Source of the DNA: Raja brachyura
Lineage: Eukaryota
Assembly (NCBI GenBank): GCA_963514005.1
Contig: OY740816.1
Location: forward strand, 22,754,001 to 22,818,000
Reading direction: 5' to 3'
Length of the DNA: 64,000 nt
A model generated the notes under the pieces. It saw only the letters and a list, made by a program, of their open reading frames with translations, was not told the DNA's origin and made no database searches. Positions 62,411-64,000 of this stretch are shown in pieces. Positions within the stretch are counted from its first letter, which is position 1; each line of letters starts with the position of its first letter. The translations under genes were made by a program, and so were the position numbers.

Positions 62411-63297
62411 AGGCAGATATGATAATGGCATTTAAGAGATTTTTGGATTGGCGCATGGATATGCAGGGAATGGAGGGATATGGGATATGTACAGGCAGAT
62501 AAGAGCTTGTTGGCATTATGTCCGGGACCGACATTATGGGCTGAAGGGCCCGTTCCTGTGCTGTACTGTTCTGTTCTAAAGCCATTATCCTGGGCCCTGG
62601 CACACACTTTATACACTCTCCCCATCCCTATTCCCAGCCAGCATCTGGAACAATGATGTCCATCAGCTGTGAACCAATGGTTCACACTTTATCCGAAAGT
62701 CGTAATGGTCTGAGTTCAAGTCCCAAGCCAGAGGTTTGAGCAGAGAGACGCCCACACTGTTGCTCTGGATCAACATTGAAGGAGTATCAGGAGGAAACAT
62801 TAAAAAGAAGCCCATCTCTCACACTGCACGTTAAGCTGAGATCTTGTCTGCTCTCCTACGCGGATGTTAAAGATTTCATAGAACTATGAAGATGAGAAGT
62901 TATTAACTGTGTCCTGACTAATCTTTATCCTTCAATCAACCCCAAACAAAGATCATCTAGTTGTAACCAAAGTGCAGTTTGTACAACAGTACAGCATAGG
63001 ACGGGGCCTTTCAGCCTACAATATCTGTGATGCCAAGTTAAACTGATCTCATCTGCCTGTACATGATCCATATCCCTCTATTTCCTGTACCTCCGTGCCT
63101 ATCTAAAAGCCTCGTGAACACCACTATCATATCTCTCTCCACCATTGGTGGTGGCACAGGGGTAGAGTTGCTGCCTTACAGCTCCAGAGACTCAGGTTCG
63201 ATCCTAACTAGGGGTGCTGCTGTCTGTACGGAGTTTGTACGTTCTCCCCGGGACCTGTGTGGGTTTTCTCCGGGATCTCTGGTTTTCTCCCACATTA

Positions 63298-63958
63298 GAA
63301 GAAAGCGAATGGTATGTTAGCATTCATAGCAAAAGGATTTGAGTATAGGAGCAGGGAAGTTGTACTGCAGTTGTACAGGGCCTTGGTGAGACCACACCCA
63401 GAGTATTGCGTACAGTTTTGGTCTCCTAATCTGAGGAAAGACGTTCTTGCCATAGAGGGAATACAGAGAAGGTTCACCAGACTGATTCCTGGGATGGCAG
63501 GACTTTCATATGAAGAAAGACTGGATACTCGGCTTGTACTCGCTAGAATTTAGAAGATTGAGGGGGCATCTTATAGAAGCTTACAAAATTCTTTAGGGGT
63601 TGGACAGGCTACATGCAGGAAGATTGTTCCAGATGTTGGGGAAGTCTAGACCAAGGGGTCACAGTTTAAGGATAAGGGGGAACTCTTAGGACCGAGATGA
63701 GAATTTTTTTTTTACACACAGAAAGTGGTGAATCTATAGAATTCTCTGCCACAGAAAGTAGTTGAGGCCAGTTCATTGGCTATATTTAAGAGGGAGTTAG
63801 ATGTGGCCCTTGTGGCTAAAGGGATCAGGGGGTATGGAGATAAGGCAGGTACTGGATACTGAGTTTAATGATCAGCCATGATCATATTGAATGGCGGTGC
63901 AGGCTCGAAGGGCCGAATGGCCTACTCCTGCACCTATTTTCTAAGTTTCTATATTTCA
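63298..63958 (+). mobile_element. CR1 3' fragment inserted into a SINE after the segmental duplication
   Basis: Absent from the paralogous site at 4755-4770 (cccacattaatacagg). Possible ATTA target duplication. Confidence 0.85.
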
Positions 63959-64000
63959 ATTAATACAGGTTTGTAGGCCAATTGGCTTCGGTAAAAGTTG

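Larger units (their letters stand above)
60240..64000 (+). repeat. Segmental-duplication copy of window positions ~135-4800
   Basis: Non-TE sequence 4081-4450 is near-identical to 62614-62983 (two substitutions seen; offset 58,533). The flanking repeats occur in the same order. Confidence 0.9.

Overview
Repeat-rich eukaryotic genomic DNA, most likely from a cartilaginous fish (skate/ray; inferred from the V-SINE/HE1-like, CR1, Penelope and Rex1 repeat mix). One host gene is recoverable: a minus-strand, 6-exon ICAM/VCAM-family adhesion molecule (47583->31136, about 508 aa: signal peptide, 4 Ig domains, TM and tail). Its CpG-rich promoter carries a GAS palindrome identical to the human ICAM1 interferon-gamma response element plus a kappaB-like site. 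The rest is mobile DNA. There are three related DIRS1-type tyrosine-recombinase retrotransposons: one with all three ORFs (Gag, RT/RNaseH/methyltransferase, YR) and its ITR/ICR ends intact, one with decayed ORFs whose empty target site is preserved nearby, and one old relic. The window also holds a near full-length CR1, a 5'-truncated L1 with TSD, an IR/DR Tc1, a Penelope element with many hammerhead-ribozyme-bearing derivatives, Rex1 and Gypsy fragments, SINEs, tandem repeats and a 251-N gap. The two ends of the window are near-identical paralogous copies about 58.5 kb apart, suggesting a recent segmental duplication around the adhesion gene. All assignments were made by eye from motifs; no database searches were run.
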